53,434 bases of DNA from Octopus bimaculoides (GCF_001194135.2 NC_068985.1:15731370-15784803); one strand, 5' to 3'. Shown: positions 37,800-51,334, numbered from the stretch's first letter. Numbers and translations are program-made. The notes: generated by a model from the letters alone, not told the origin.

Positions 37800-38117
37800 A
37801 CTTTCTAAGAAGTCTTTAACTTCCGCCTGCCATCACGTAGACCTGCAGGCACTGTTGGATTACTAAGTGTCTTCAAGAAGACTGGCAAGACACCCCTCTA
37901 CAGGACACCGATGTTTATCGAAGAGCAAAACAAACAGGTTGGTATTAGTGTCAGTGGCATTGCAAGTGTTGCTTTTAGACTGCAAAGACGTCTTTCCCGA
38001 TCTTCTAACAGTTTCGCCAACCGACCTCGGGAAGTGAAAAAGTCTTTAACGTTTCGAGCCTACGCTCTTCTACAGAAAGGAACACAGAAAGAAACAAGGA
38101 GTGAAAATAAAGGAGAG

Positions 38118-38120
<3 letters not shown>
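37800..38120 (-). mobile_element. Penelope-like pLTR fragment with degenerate hammerhead (38044-38079)
   Basis: The minus strand reads CTTT-CTGTAGA-A-GAG cgtagg CTC-GAA-ACGT-T-AAAG and shares the flank tttctttctgtgttcc with the 14450 copy. The left boundary is approximate. Confidence 0.6.
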
Positions 38121-38173
<53 letters not shown>

Positions 38174-38569
38174 TTATATATATATATCCCCAATGGTTGT
38201 TATATTCTTTTGATAACATAATAGGTTAAATAGGATGATGTCTACATTACAACAACAACCAATAATATGTTGTGCATGTATAGTAATATTACGATCATGA
38301 AATTAGCATTAGCTTATCTCACTCCTTTTCGTGGAACCCCTACGAACCTTTTGCAGAACGCTAGGGTTCCAGAGCACTCCGGTTTAGAAACGCTGGTGTA
38401 GAAAGTCAGAACAATCACTGCAAAAAATTCTATTCAAGATCCTAACGGTTCTGCCAATTCTCCGCTTTTTCCTTGGACGAAACCACCACCACCACCACCA
38501 CCACCACCACCACCACAGCAACAACAACAAATGCTGCAGCAACAACAACAAGAGTAACAACTATCTTAC

Positions 38570-38600
38570 AGTAGTAATCTAGTTGAACAAAGCCACACAT
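38570..38600 (-). CDS. Candidate first coding exon of the NCX gene (MCGFVQLDYY + 1 nt)
   Basis: ATG at 38600 follows an in-frame TAA, and the donor T|gtaaga gives phase 1, matching the NCX exon (join would read ...YY-L-KECKG). A pyrimidine tract and AG lie near 38660-38695. There is no homology evidence and the Kozak context is weak. Confidence 0.25.
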
Positions 38601-39859
38601 TTACAAGGAAAGTAAATATTCTATCAAAGCGGCCTCGGTTCCTGACTGGCACTCGTTTTCTTGACGAAGAAATAGAAGAAAAGACAAGAAAATTTGAATT
38701 AAGAACATAATTGAAGTAAATTGACTCAAATAAGTTTGATTTAGCAGACACAAACAATTTCGTTAAGATCACGAAGCTTGACATGTTTCAAGTAGACCGG
38801 AAATTCTACTTGGCAACGTCTTTCGCATGAACATTAGCGGCATAACTAAAATAAAATGGTTCCGACTGATTGGCACTACCGAAACGGTTTCTCAACTTTA
38901 TGCAAACTTCTCTCCAGAAGGAAACAATATAAATTAAAAAACGTTTAAATTATCAAATTGAAGAACATAAGCGGACAGCTGTATGTAACAACCAAATAAG
39001 AACGTAAAAGCTTATTTAATTTTCTTTTTGTTTAGCCTTCAACTGCTAACAAATGCGTGCCAACGCCGAGGCTCAACATAATCCCTCCACCTGCAATAAA
39101 TAACAACCAAATTGCCCTTAAATTAGACAGTTTTGAAATTGAGGGATACGTTTGATGATGAAGTTCAACGCAAGGTCTCAGAGAATGCTTTATTCTGTTA
39201 AGACTGACGTGGACCGATACAAAAGCACCTCAGTAAATATTAACGATTTTTTGTATTTCTTTAGTGATTAGGATTAAGGCCGTTTTAATTAGCGTTTAAG
39301 GAATGCTGGTAGCGTATTATAATATTGATCTCAGGGTTATGTTAGGCAAAGTGGACCATTTAACAACTTGAGAACAGAAAGTAGTTTGAACTGCCAGACG
39401 ATCTCGCCGCGCTTATGAATGTTATAAATATTACTTTCTTCTATGTACAAAATCTTATATTGCTGCAGATGAGAAATTATGAAGTTGATACATTACAGTG
39501 TTATCCATTATAACTACTTTTTACAACGTTTATGTTGATACAAACTACCTTTATTTCAATTAGATCTGAAAATAATGAAAGATTTATGAAAATAATTTTG
39601 TCATTATTAAGCTGGTATATGGGATATAAATTGACATGAAATTATGATGGAGCGTTCTGATTTAGATTCCATTAATACAAAAGATTTGTTTCATAGAATG
39701 AAGTCTGATTTCAGGCTGGTTATCAGTCAGAAGTCTTATGAAAGAATGCTTACGTCTGCATTACACAAATGAAATCTTTTATTTGATATTTGTTTTTTAT
39801 GGTTTCAGCCGGGAAGAAGAGTCAATGTATATGACCATCTCATACTCTCCCTTCGAAAC

Positions 39860-40440
39860 TGATGAGACCGAATTGGTTAATGTTCAGTTGACATTAAGGG
39901 GAAAATGTGGGTTAGAAGGAAATTCTAGATAGTTGTTGTCCTGAGGAAGGCAGACAGAGTGTAGGGGTTACATAAGGGTTTATATGGAATGTACGGAAGT
40001 TTCATAAAAAGAGAGGGGTAGAGATGGATGGGCACAGGTGGAGTTGTATGCAATTAGCCATATCTTAGGAGCAGAGACCGTTCTAGGAGTAGTTGAAAAA
40101 GAAGAGTGAAGCGATGTTATGTGTGTTAACTTAGGTTTCAATGATGTTAGTGAGTCTGTCTTGATCAACCGGATTCTAAATAAGACTGTATCTTTTGATT
40201 ACAATCCTTCAACATTCGTACTTGTAGAAGTAATGCTGTCGCTGATAATTATTTTACTGTTGGCCTTATATTAGTTATACAAAAGCTTCCATGGATCACA
40301 TAAGTGACTTAAGTACATTTTTGATCCAGCTAGAAATAGAAACCATATCGTATAAAGCAAGTTCTTGCTGATGATTGATCTGATGATCTCTGCCGCCTAC
40401 GATGGACATTCTAATAATAATGATCATAAGTTTTATTATA
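39860..40440 (-). mobile_element. Highly decayed Penelope-like RT relic (tentative)
   Basis: Fragments IKTDSL, a frameshifted FSQLL..RLCS-like stretch and RISF*PTFSP weakly resemble the PLE motifs YKPTDSH, SQ.LR.RRLCS and RIPFTLTFHP. Confidence 0.25.
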
Positions 40441-40765
40441 ATCGAAGCCAATATGTAATATGTAATATGATAATCCAAAACTAATGTCATTTATTTACAA
40501 CATTCCATACAAATGATGTTCTTCATTATTGACTTAATTGATTTTATATGTAGAGAGTCATTAATGATGCAGATACGAAGGTTCATTGTATTGTCTAAAT
40601 GAACAGAAGCCTAACTTCTATCTAACCTTTCATATATGTATGTACGTGTACGTACAGACACATGAATGCGTACATAGAAAGATACGTGCATACATTCACA
40701 CACAACACACACAGAGGCAGACAGAACAGACAAACAGACAGAAAGACAGATAGACACAAACACAC

Positions 40766-40818
<53 letters not shown>

Positions 40819-41439
40819 TACACACATACACACACATACACACACACACAAGGCAAGTTCTACACATATTTTGAAGCATGGAGATTGGCAATAAATCTAT
40901 CTATGAAGTACATTAAGTGCAATTTCTAATTTCTCGGCTAAAAGTCAACGAATCTCTCTACTGTGCTGACATCACTGCTGCGCCGCCTTCGGCAGAGGCA
41001 CGGTTCAATTCTAGTGGTTCCTTTTATTAATATTTTTTGTATGAGGGGAATTTGCTCTTTATACACGGTTGGCCAAAAGTCACCCGACAGTAAATCAAAA
41101 TTCCATAAATACTATCTGTAATTCTGTATTGACTCAAATGGAAAAATGTGTCGCTTAAGGACTTCAGTTTGAACAATTTTCATGATGTTTCATACTTAGA
41201 TGCTTTTTTAAAATTCATTCAGTTGTTAAACATAGATAAATCTTGGAATTAAATGGTTTTGATTTACTGTCAGGTGACTTTTGGCCAGCCCTGCATAATA
41301 AGGTATTGCTTAGAACGACATTTGCATTTAGGTAACTTCGTATATATATGTATATGTGTGTGTATGTGTGCGCGTGTTTGTGTGTGTAGGTATATGTGTA
41401 TGCATGCAAACACACAAAGATACATACATACAAACATAC

Positions 41440-41568
41440 ATACATGCGTACATACGGCTCGGATATATAGTGGAAGGCACTTGCTCAAGGAGCCGTGCAA
41501 TGGCACTGAACCTCGAACCACGAAGCTGCAAAGTGACCTTCTTAACCACACAGCCCTACTTGCGCCTA
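41440..41568 (-). mobile_element. SINE family A head fragment
   Basis: gcacttgctcaagg...cttaaccacacagccctacttgcgcct. Confidence 0.65.
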
Positions 41569-41637
41569 TGTGAGGTCAAGGGAAAAATTCAAATTTCAAA
41601 TCTACGCATTTATAGTTGGGGGTTAAAGAAAAACAAA

Positions 41638-42007
41638 AACAAGAGCACTCAGAGAGCGCAAACATCCGCCAAGGCAACACCAACGTCCTCTCAACGATTA
41701 GCCAGAGATGATTTTTAAAATGAGAATATCTGAAATAAACTTGATTGCTCTCACAAACGAGAATACTAAAAATGAACCCGACTGCTGTCAAAAATTAAGT
41801 AAAATACCTGAAAAATAATCCAGAATCCTTGTCCGGCACCGGATCGATTCCCAAATCTAATCAGTTTGTGCCAGTCACGAGGCCAAACATCCCCCAAAGT
41901 TTCATCCGAATCCATCCAGCGGTTCTCGAGTTACCTTGTCCACGAACAAACAAACAAATACGACTGAAAAAACAATACCTCCGCATTCGCTAAGGCGAAG
42001 GTAATAA
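41638..42007 (+). mobile_element. Non-autonomous Helentron-associated (HINE/DINE-like) element
   Basis: It starts aacaagagcactcagagagcgcaaacatccgccaaggc, contains aagtttcatccgaatccatccagcggtt and short acaa repeats, and ends cctccgcattcgctaaggcgaaggtaata. Confidence 0.5.
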
Positions 42008-42339
42008 ATAGCGAGAGAAATTACTCTAAGTAACATAGGAGGACAGAAAGGAGAAAAGAAATGAAAAACTAATGGCATGAATGACTGAACATCACCATAG
42101 AAGTGTGGGGAACATTCATAGAAAATAATGCTAGTAACAGCTCTTATTTGAAAAGAACATAAGACATACAGTAGGCTACACGTTTAAGGAGTTCCTAAGA
42201 CAGTCATAGTAATAGAAATTTATAGAAAGCTTTATGGTTTGTTTTTATGCTTTCCATAGCTCTGTTCTCTCTCTCCCTGTCTCTCGCTCCCCCTCCCTCT
42301 CTCTGTGTCTCATTTTCTTTCTCGCTCTGCTCTTTACTA

Positions 42340-43030
42340 TTCATGGAATAGTTTGATTTCCAATTTTTCGATTTCTAAGTGTCCGCCTTAAATTAGACTT
42401 CTCCTTATCCGTCAGTTGCCTTCTGGTTTGAGACTTTTCCTCTGCGTCTCATAAGGGTTTTCCTGTCTCTAGGTGTTTTGTTTGTCGGTATGCTGGCTTC
42501 TCTTTCTGGGGTATATTTAGTGAATATGGCTTGCACTGTTGACATAAACTGACTGAATTTTAAGTCAATGTCTTGCATAGACAGAATATCGGACTAGTTT
42601 TGATTGTGGATCTCTTTACGGCTTGATTTTCATCCTGCTTTATTGAAATTCAAGTTTGGCATGGCTTGAGTCCCCTTGATAGAATAGCCAGCAGTTCGCT
42701 TAAGACTATACATTGTTAATTCAGTTTATGGTAACCTTCACATTATGGATATGATTCACAATATTCGTGAAGCAGAGATCCAAGATGTCGTTACCCTGGG
42801 GTTGGCTGGAGTATCACTTATTCCATGAACAGCATATTAGAAAGTTTAAGTAACGACTCTACATTCCTTTGTTTCTGTTTCCAGAGAGGATGTGGCCTTC
42901 AAGCCATTCAACACCTGGGAGGTTGAAGTCACCCAGGAGGTGTATATTGATGTGTTGGTCTAGGCTTCTTAATACTTCTATGTATTTGAGGTTACCTCCA
43001 AATTCGCCATCGTATATAAAAATAACTTTT
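42340..43030 (-). mobile_element. CR1/L2-like LINE apurinic endonuclease relic
   Basis: HLLGDFNLPGVEW, PTQGNDILDLCFTN and NFNKAG*..PRDRKTLMRRR, with stops and frameshifts. Confidence 0.75.
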
Positions 43031-43668
43031 TTCTCTGTGTATATACGGCAGAAACATGATTTTAATATACAGAGTAGACGTTTTCTTGAAATTTTAAAAT
43101 TCCATTATTTTCTCAGATATGAAACTTCAATGATGTTCAAACAATAGCTCTTTCTCATATTATACTCGTCCCATTTGATTTTCAAAATACAGACCGTTAC
43201 TTTCATTACATCTTTTTGCATAAGCTTTCCCATTAGAGGTTCTTCATCTTTGTGATTTTCATTTACTGTTTTTAGAAATTTTTTTTTTAATATCATTGCT
43301 TATTTCTGTCTCATGCATTTTAGCAGCTTGTGCGCGCGCGTGCACTTGTGCGCTTGCATGATTAGTGCAAATAGAAACAGGGTTTCTGAAGGGAGTGATT
43401 ACATTGTTTAATCACTGCTGAAATTATCTTTATTGTGAAAGCAACCCCTTTGTATTATACTCAACTATGGCGATCTCTGCTTTATTTGTTATATCTATTT
43501 AATTATCATTTTTACATAGACTCAAGTTAATTCTGATTGAACAAGCCTATAATAAAAGACGTTCCATCCCTAAACGTACCGTCTTTTCTTCATACGCAGT
43601 GCATCCAGGATTACGTTACTCAATGTGTCCTTTCTTTTCCAAGACAATAGGGTATAGTTTAAAGATTT

Positions 43669-44352
43669 GGATCTAGTTCAAAACGGGGGCACCAGTATTT
43701 TCTTAACGAAACACTTTGAAACTTGGGACACTGGTAGAATGTGTCATATAAAACATCTTTTTCTCTTAGTCTTCTTAAGAAAAATTATTATATTGCAATT
43801 TATTTCATGTTAAAGTTGTATTTCTGTAATTTCAACCAATGACTGACGTCCATTCAGCCGAATACATTAAGTGCTGACTACGTAAACAAACGATTCTCAA
43901 ACGATTCTGGCGGTGATAAAATTATTATTTCCTTGTCAAAAAATGGCTGAAGCATATTGGCAGTAGCTAATAAACCTTTCTATTATAAGCACAAGGCCTG
44001 GTTTTTGAGGGAAGGAGCAAGTCAATTAGGGTTAGGGTTAGGGTTAGGGTTAGGGAAAACGAACACACGTGTGTTGCCTCTCTGCAAAATGTCAGAAGTA
44101 ATGGAGATTAAATACGCTTTACACCGCTTAAACTGCCAAAGGAGTAACTGTAAACAGCTGAATACTTGTCAGTGATTGGTTGAAATTATCGAAATAAGAC
44201 AATTTTTTACATGAAATCAATTCGAATACAAAATTTTTTTTCTGTTCTATAACACAAAATAGATAAGTATACGAAGTTTGAAAGTCTTTCGGTACCAAAA
44301 ACACTACATAAAACATAAATGAAAACTGGTGCCCCCGTTTTGAACTAGATCC
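43669..44352 (+). mobile_element. Second complete copy of the TTAGGG-bearing MITE (684 bp)
   Basis: The TIR is GGATCTAGTTCAAAACGGGGGCACCAGT. The TSD is aaagattt (43661-43668 and 44353-44360), and (TTAGGG)n lies at about 44027-44053. Confidence 0.93.
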
Positions 44353-45992
44353 AAAGATTTTACTGGCATCTCTAGCAGGTCGAAAGACCACGTTCAGGCT
44401 CACGTTTTGCTCTGAATGATGATCTTAACCACATGGTTGTTATTGTTGTTCAACTCCTGATCATTTTCGATCCAGCAGCAAATATATCGTCAATGTCGTT
44501 TCAGCGCTACCGTCCTCTCCAGTTAGCAGAAAGTGATTTATCTAGGACTACATTACATAATTTATTCTTGATTTTTAACCACAAATATAGGATTAGGGTT
44601 AGGGAAACTTTGCTGCTATTTCTTACAGATGATACGGCCTCGTTGACTCGAACAACCGAATGAAGGCTCTGTCATTGAATTGTGTAAATCTAGAATAGTT
44701 ATGATATCTATATTGGTGGTAACCTATGACATATGGTGGTTATTTACACAAAGTGTATTGCTATGCTAGACCTAATACTCTAGCGTGAGTGTTAATCAAA
44801 ATTAAACGCTCAAACTTCAAGTTACTTTTATTTCTGTACACACGACTTCAGCCTGGTTGAATTTTTGATTTTGTGTTTCAATTATTAGACCTGACTACAT
44901 ATATGTCCAGATTTTATCATGATACAACAACAACAACATTTTTAGAAAGCAAAACATTACTACATTTGGTAGATGTGTAACGGGTACATTACTGGCGGAA
45001 TATATGTTCTGGTTGTAAACTCAATTTTAAAAGCATTAAAAATATCAAATGACAATTATTTTGTATATTAGTTACAGAACATTCGATAAAAAAAAAAGTA
45101 TCGATAAAATTAAGAAACAAAAGAAATGAATAAATAAAAACACTGTTTCCATGACAATCAGAGAGCAATATTTTGATAAAGTGTCTGTTATTTATCTTAA
45201 AAACATGGTTAGGAAAAAAAAAAAAAAAAGATAGAATGGAAGAAGAAAATGGGAGAAGAAAAAAGATGTTAATTGCTTCAACAACATTTGAATTACATTC
45301 GTGGCTTGAGTGAAGCTGAGTGAGTCCTTTGAAAAAAATTAAATATAAATATAAAAAAAGAGTTACATTAGAATATTAGCATTGGAAGGGTTATTGTCCA
45401 TCTATTACATTATTATGTTCGTGGATAAACAGCTGAATACTTTCAATATGGCTGCCACATAAGCTCGTTCGGATTATTCTTATCATCTTACAGATTATCG
45501 TCCAACAAATACAGAATTGAATGAAATATCGATTGTTGTTCCCCATCTCTATTCAAACTGCATCAAAAATAATCACTTTCCCGTGATATAGCGGGCATAC
45601 ATCATAAATATCTATTAAAACGATTTTCTAACAGATACAGAATGCATGAATAATAATCGCCTCCACGAAATGCTGTCGTTCGGTGGGTTAGGACTGGGAT
45701 TGAGCAGAGCAGAGTGGAGCAGAGTGGAGCTGTGTGGAGCGGTGTGGAGCGGAACATAATCATAAATCTGAAATCCTAAATTACATGTTGAAGAGAGCTC
45801 TCTCAAGACGCTCTCCGACTCCGACTCCGACTCCTTAAAAGCTCCATGCCATTAGGCTGCTAATGTCGTATTGCCGTAACTACCATTAACTTTCTACATT
45901 ATTATTATTATGTCAACAACAAATGAATGCAACGATGGTTACTATTTTACCGCCACCACCACTTTCCCCACCAAAATCAGCACCACAACTAC

Positions 45993-46028
<36 letters not shown>

Positions 46029-46041
46029 AACGACGACAACG

Positions 46042-46073
<32 letters not shown>

Positions 46074-46579
46074 CAAAGCAGACGATGGAGACTGCACACA
46101 ATAGCAAGTCTTTCCAGAAATATCAACCAAATCTCCCTCAAATTTCACCTTAGTGTCTGTAAAATGGATAACTCATTCCATAATGTATTCCCAGTTACAA
46201 AACAACAACAACAACAATAAAAAAAAACTGGATGGTCACAGATTAGTGGAAAGGATTTGTTTATTCGTTCAGACAAGAACAATACCACGATTCCCGGATC
46301 CAACGACTAAGTTAATGAAAGAGCCTCTACGAAGTTAGGTGGGCGTTTGACCGGCAAAAATTAGGAGCCAAATCTCATTCAAATTAGGTCTCAGATGAGG
46401 AATCAGATGCTTTCGAGCTGACCCTTCTTCGTCTGACGGCAAAAAATGTGTTTTAACTGCATCCTTAATGGAATCCTTAATATAAAGCGTCTGGGGAAAA
46501 GATAAACGATTTGATCGTAACCACAACACGTTCGTTCGAATTTTGTGATCGAGGTTGATCTAAAGTCAAAACAACAAAA

Positions 46580-46797
<218 letters not shown>

Positions 46798-48097
46798 AAT
46801 ACTGCCTTCCATTCCTAAACGCTGATGTTTACTATATCGGAGTACCTATTGATAACTAAGTATCGATCGAAAGCGAAATGTATTGGAGATGGTCAGTGTA
46901 CAATGTCCTTGTCTGAATTCGAACCATACCGAATAATGATGGGTTCTTTTTATTACCTTCTTACAAAGGTATATAATTCATGGAGGAGATATTTTATTCA
47001 ATTTATATCAGAACATGACGAGTACTTATTCTATATGGCCCCCTAGAATGATAAAAGCAAACGCAACTCCCAAAGGTACCTGAATTCAGAACAAGAAGGC
47101 TTTCAAAAATACATTACAGTATTTCACCCGGTTCTTCACGACTTAAATGCACTGAATTATAATGTCTACTCATATTCCTTTCTACTCTAGGTACAAGGCC
47201 CGAAATTTTTGGGATGGGGGGCCAATCGTTTAGATCGACCTCAGTTCGCAACTGGCACTTAATTTATCAACCCCGAAAGGATGAAACGAAAGTCGACCTC
47301 GGCGGAATTTGAACTCAGACGAAATACCACTAAGTATTTCGCCCGGCGCGCTAACGTTTCTGCCAGCTCGCTGCTTTTTTATCGATTCATACTGTTTACA
47401 ATCAGCGCTTAGTATGCCATCTTATTTATTTCTGTGATATTAAACTATAATTAGAAACAATTGAGATACACTCGTTTCAAATTAGTGCAATTTGTTCATT
47501 TCTCCCTTTACAATGTTTTGTAAAGTGTCACACGTTGAATTTGGCAGCTCTTAAAGAAAACTTCAATATTGAAGGATGCCAGGATATAATTAAACTGTTT
47601 TATTTTATAGAAAATAGAACTAAAATAGACCGAATGAATGGAACAAAGAAAAAGGTAGTAAAAGCAATATAAAAATTATAGATTAAAGAGCGCTGAAGAC
47701 CACGTTTAAAGGACACTTGAAGTTATATTAAATGTTACAGTGTAAAGAGACATCAATTTAATGTTAAAGATTTTAACAGAATATAAAAGGACGTAAACAT
47801 CATTTCAAGGAACATTACAAATATACAGATTGAAATATTGGTTTCGAATTTTGGAATAAGCTAGAAATTTCTGGTGGAAGGGGTTACTTGATTAGACCGA
47901 TCCCAGTGTTCAACTGATACATATTGTGCCAACCTTCTACAGGATAAATGGCAATGTCGATCTTAGCGGAATTTGAACTCAGTATCGCTAACCATTTTGT
48001 CCAGCGTGATAAATATTCTGCAAGATCGCTACATTAATGTTGAATGAAGTATTAAATTTTACACCAGTTAATATAATGAAAGTAACACTAAGTTTTA

Positions 48098-48200
48098 TAT
48101 AGATGTTTTCGATCTAGTTTGGATTCTTTGCAATCAAATTTGAATTCCTTGCCATCAAATTTGATTGTAAAGAATCCAAACTAGATCGAAAGCATCTATA
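48098..48200. repeat. 46-bp inverted repeat with 11-nt loop
   Basis: Two mismatches, both G.T on the plus strand. Pairing extends to about 48087-48219 past a bulge. Confidence 0.92.
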
Positions 48201-49071
48201 ATTCAAAGAAAACTTAGTATAAAGTTAGAACGATATATTAGAGATAGGATTAGCAACAGTTAAATTTAGGGGTTAGCAACAGTTGCATTAAAGAGTAAAA
48301 TTAGAAAAAAGCATCAAATAATCCGACAAATGGGAACTGCTGATCTTCAAAAGGGAACTAAGTATATATAATCGATAGAGGAATAACGAACTACTTTCTG
48401 ATTATTTCTATTTTTGTTCTTCGGAAGAGAAACCATGGAAACAGCTCGAACGTAAATATTCAATAGCTAAGAATTGTGAAGATCTTGCTGAGTAAGATAA
48501 TTGCTGGGGTTTCTGGAGACTATTGATCGTAGAATTTATCAATAAATACCATTCTCTATCGAATACTTTAAAACTACTATTAATCTATTTTGAAAAAAAA
48601 AAAAAAGAAATTGTTCGTCATTTCAACAAAAATTCATTCGGTAAAGATGACAGAGACAAAAGAGAAGAATTATGTCTTGGGAGAAAAATTACTAAATTTG
48701 TATTGATTTTTAGAAAAGGTATGAGGTTCAACATTTCTAGGGAAATGGGAAATGAAGTTAGGTGACGCTTTTGCTATTCCCAAAATTCTTATTAGCATAA
48801 CTGAAGGGAAAATATAAAGGCCGGAAATGCAATCTGGCTGTAGAAATGGTTCTCCAGAGGATTTTGCCATTATGTTACGTTATTGCTCAGAGCATGCATT
48901 TCACAAAAGAGAAAAAAAAAGGTTAAATTCAATGTGAGCACGATGTTTCCCCACGAGTCAAATTCAACATAAATTTAAGGTTACTGTTCATATGTTGAGA
49001 GAAATCAATTGCGAAAACTAACAGATATCAATTCCAATCTAAATCTAAATTTATATCAAAAGTTCACATAC

Positions 49072-49446
49072 AGGCGCAGGAGTGGCTGTGTGGTAAGTAG
49101 CTTGCTTACCAACCGCATGGTTCCGGGTTCAGTCCCACTGCGTGGCACCTTGGGCAAGTGTCTTCTACTATAGCCTCGGGCCGACCAAAGCCTTGTGAGT
49201 GGATTTGGTAGACGGAAACTGATATATGTGTATGTATATATATATATGTGTTTGTCTCCCCAACATCACTTGACAACCGATGCTGGTGTGTTTACGTCCC
49301 CGTAACTTAGCGGTTCGGCAAAAGAGATCGATAGAATAAGTACTAAGCTTACAAAGAATAAGTCCTGGGGTCGATTTGATTCGACTAAAGGCGGTGCTCC
49401 AGCATGGTCGCAGTCAAATGACTGAAACAGGTAAAAGAGAAAGAGA
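49072..49446 (+). mobile_element. tRNA-derived SINE family A, near full length
   Basis: A-box-like TGGCTGTGTGG, B-box-like GGTTCAGTCCC, an internal (TA/TG)n microsatellite, and a GTAAAAGA-type tail. Confidence 0.88.
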
Positions 49447-49926
49447 CCCATTAATAAATATTTTGTTTTACTGGACAACAATTCAACGAAAAAACTTGAT
49501 CGTCGTTCATTTAGTGATCAAACCTATCCGTGAGAATAAGACTGGTGAGATGTGATTAAGTGATTAAGAAACGCATAGTAATTCAAGGTTTTAAATATTG
49601 GAATTTCCATCATTCCTAAATAAAAGGGAACTTAACCGGCTTTGTTTTCTCAACTGTTAATCCTCAACGTTCAGTGAAAATAAGAAATGTATCATGGATA
49701 ATCTCAGAACCATTTAGATGGTTATAAGTGGAAATATTTCATATCGTATTTAGTAAGGAATAGGTGTTTGTCCTTAAGTAGAGGTTCATCGTCACTTACA
49801 ATAGTTGTCTTTTCATAGTGAACATATTTGCCGATTATTTAACATTCACTGTAAAACGTGTCAGAACTGAATCCGGTAATAGTAAATATAAGAAGATTCT
49901 GTAAAATGTGTGCATTTTTATGAGCG

Positions 49927-49970
<44 letters not shown>

Positions 49971-50173
49971 GAGAGGGGAGATAGAGAGAGAGAGGGAGAG
50001 AGAGAGAGAGAGAGAGAAAGAGATAGAGAGATAGAGAGAGAGACAGAGAAAGAGTAGGAGAGTGTTAGTGAGTGAGAGGGTGAGAGAGAGAAAGAGAGAG
50101 TATATAGCGTATATCTGCATCTGTGAATGTCTTTTATGTATGTTTGTATGTATGTATGTATGTATGGATGGAT

Positions 50174-50528
50174 GTCATTATTCAGTTTATTTCAAAATTT
50201 CTTGCCAACAGAGGAAGAACCGGTCTCTAACCTAGATCCAAGGCTCCTTCACTGGAATTTCAACAACAACAACAGGGTATTTTTGTATGTATGTATGTAT
50301 GTATGTATGTATATGTGAAGATTCGTATATTTTATGTATGTATTCTCATGTATATAGTTGCATGTCTACACATGCTCATATATATTTTAAAGATAAACCT
50401 CTGGAAAGTTTTACAGATTTTTATAGTTCCAGTGATAGATTGGATCTGTAGTCTTCGAATTAGCTTTCTCCTTTCTGGTTTTGAGAAGCCTAATTTATCA
50501 AGATTGGTATTTGGGCTGTGTGATACAT
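50174..50528 (-). mobile_element. Short 3' copy of the same REL LINE
   Basis: NLDKLGFSKPERRKLIRRLQIQSITGTIKICKTF plus a 3' UTR matching 35846-36060. It is flanked by TATG/TA arrays. Confidence 0.8.
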
Positions 50529-50567
50529 ATGTATGTATATATATATATATGTACATATTCATATATA

Positions 50568-50603
<36 letters not shown>

Positions 50604-51334
50604 TAAACTCTGTAATCGTTACCAATATAGCATAAGATTTCACCTCAAAAAATCTTTAATTAGATTCCTTAAGGATCGTTCTCTTTGTTTATATATCCAA
50701 AGTTTCAAATTTATACATTTAAAAAAGAGATTTAACACCGAAGTTTATGTATCCATGTATTNNNNNNNNNNNNNNNNNNNNNNNNNNNNNNNNNNNNNNN
50801 NNNNNNNNNNNNNNNNNNNNNNNNNNNNNNNNNNNNNNNNNNNNNNNNNNNNNNNNNNNNNNNNNNNNNNNNNNNNNNNNNNNNNNNNNNNNNNNNNNNN
50901 NNNNNNNNNNNNNNNNNNNNNNNNNNNNNNNNNNNNNNNNNNNNNNNNNNNNNNNNNNNNNNNNNNNNNNNNNNNNNNNNNNNNNNNNNNNNNNNNNNNN
51001 NNNNNNNNNNNNNNNNNNNNNNNNNNNNNNNNNNNNNNNNNNNNNNNNNNNNNNNNNNNNNNNNNNNNNNNNNNNNNNNNNNNNNNNNNNNNNNNNNNNN
51101 ATATATATATATATATATATATACATACACACACATATATATATAAATACGTGGATATATGTATATATGTATATATATATATGTGTGTGTGAGTGTGTGT
51201 GTGTGTGTAAATCTATATACATATATATGTATATATGTGTGTGTATCAATATATATATATATATACTTATATATATACACGTGCATATATATATGTGTAT
51301 ATATGTATGTATGTATGAATATATATACATATTT

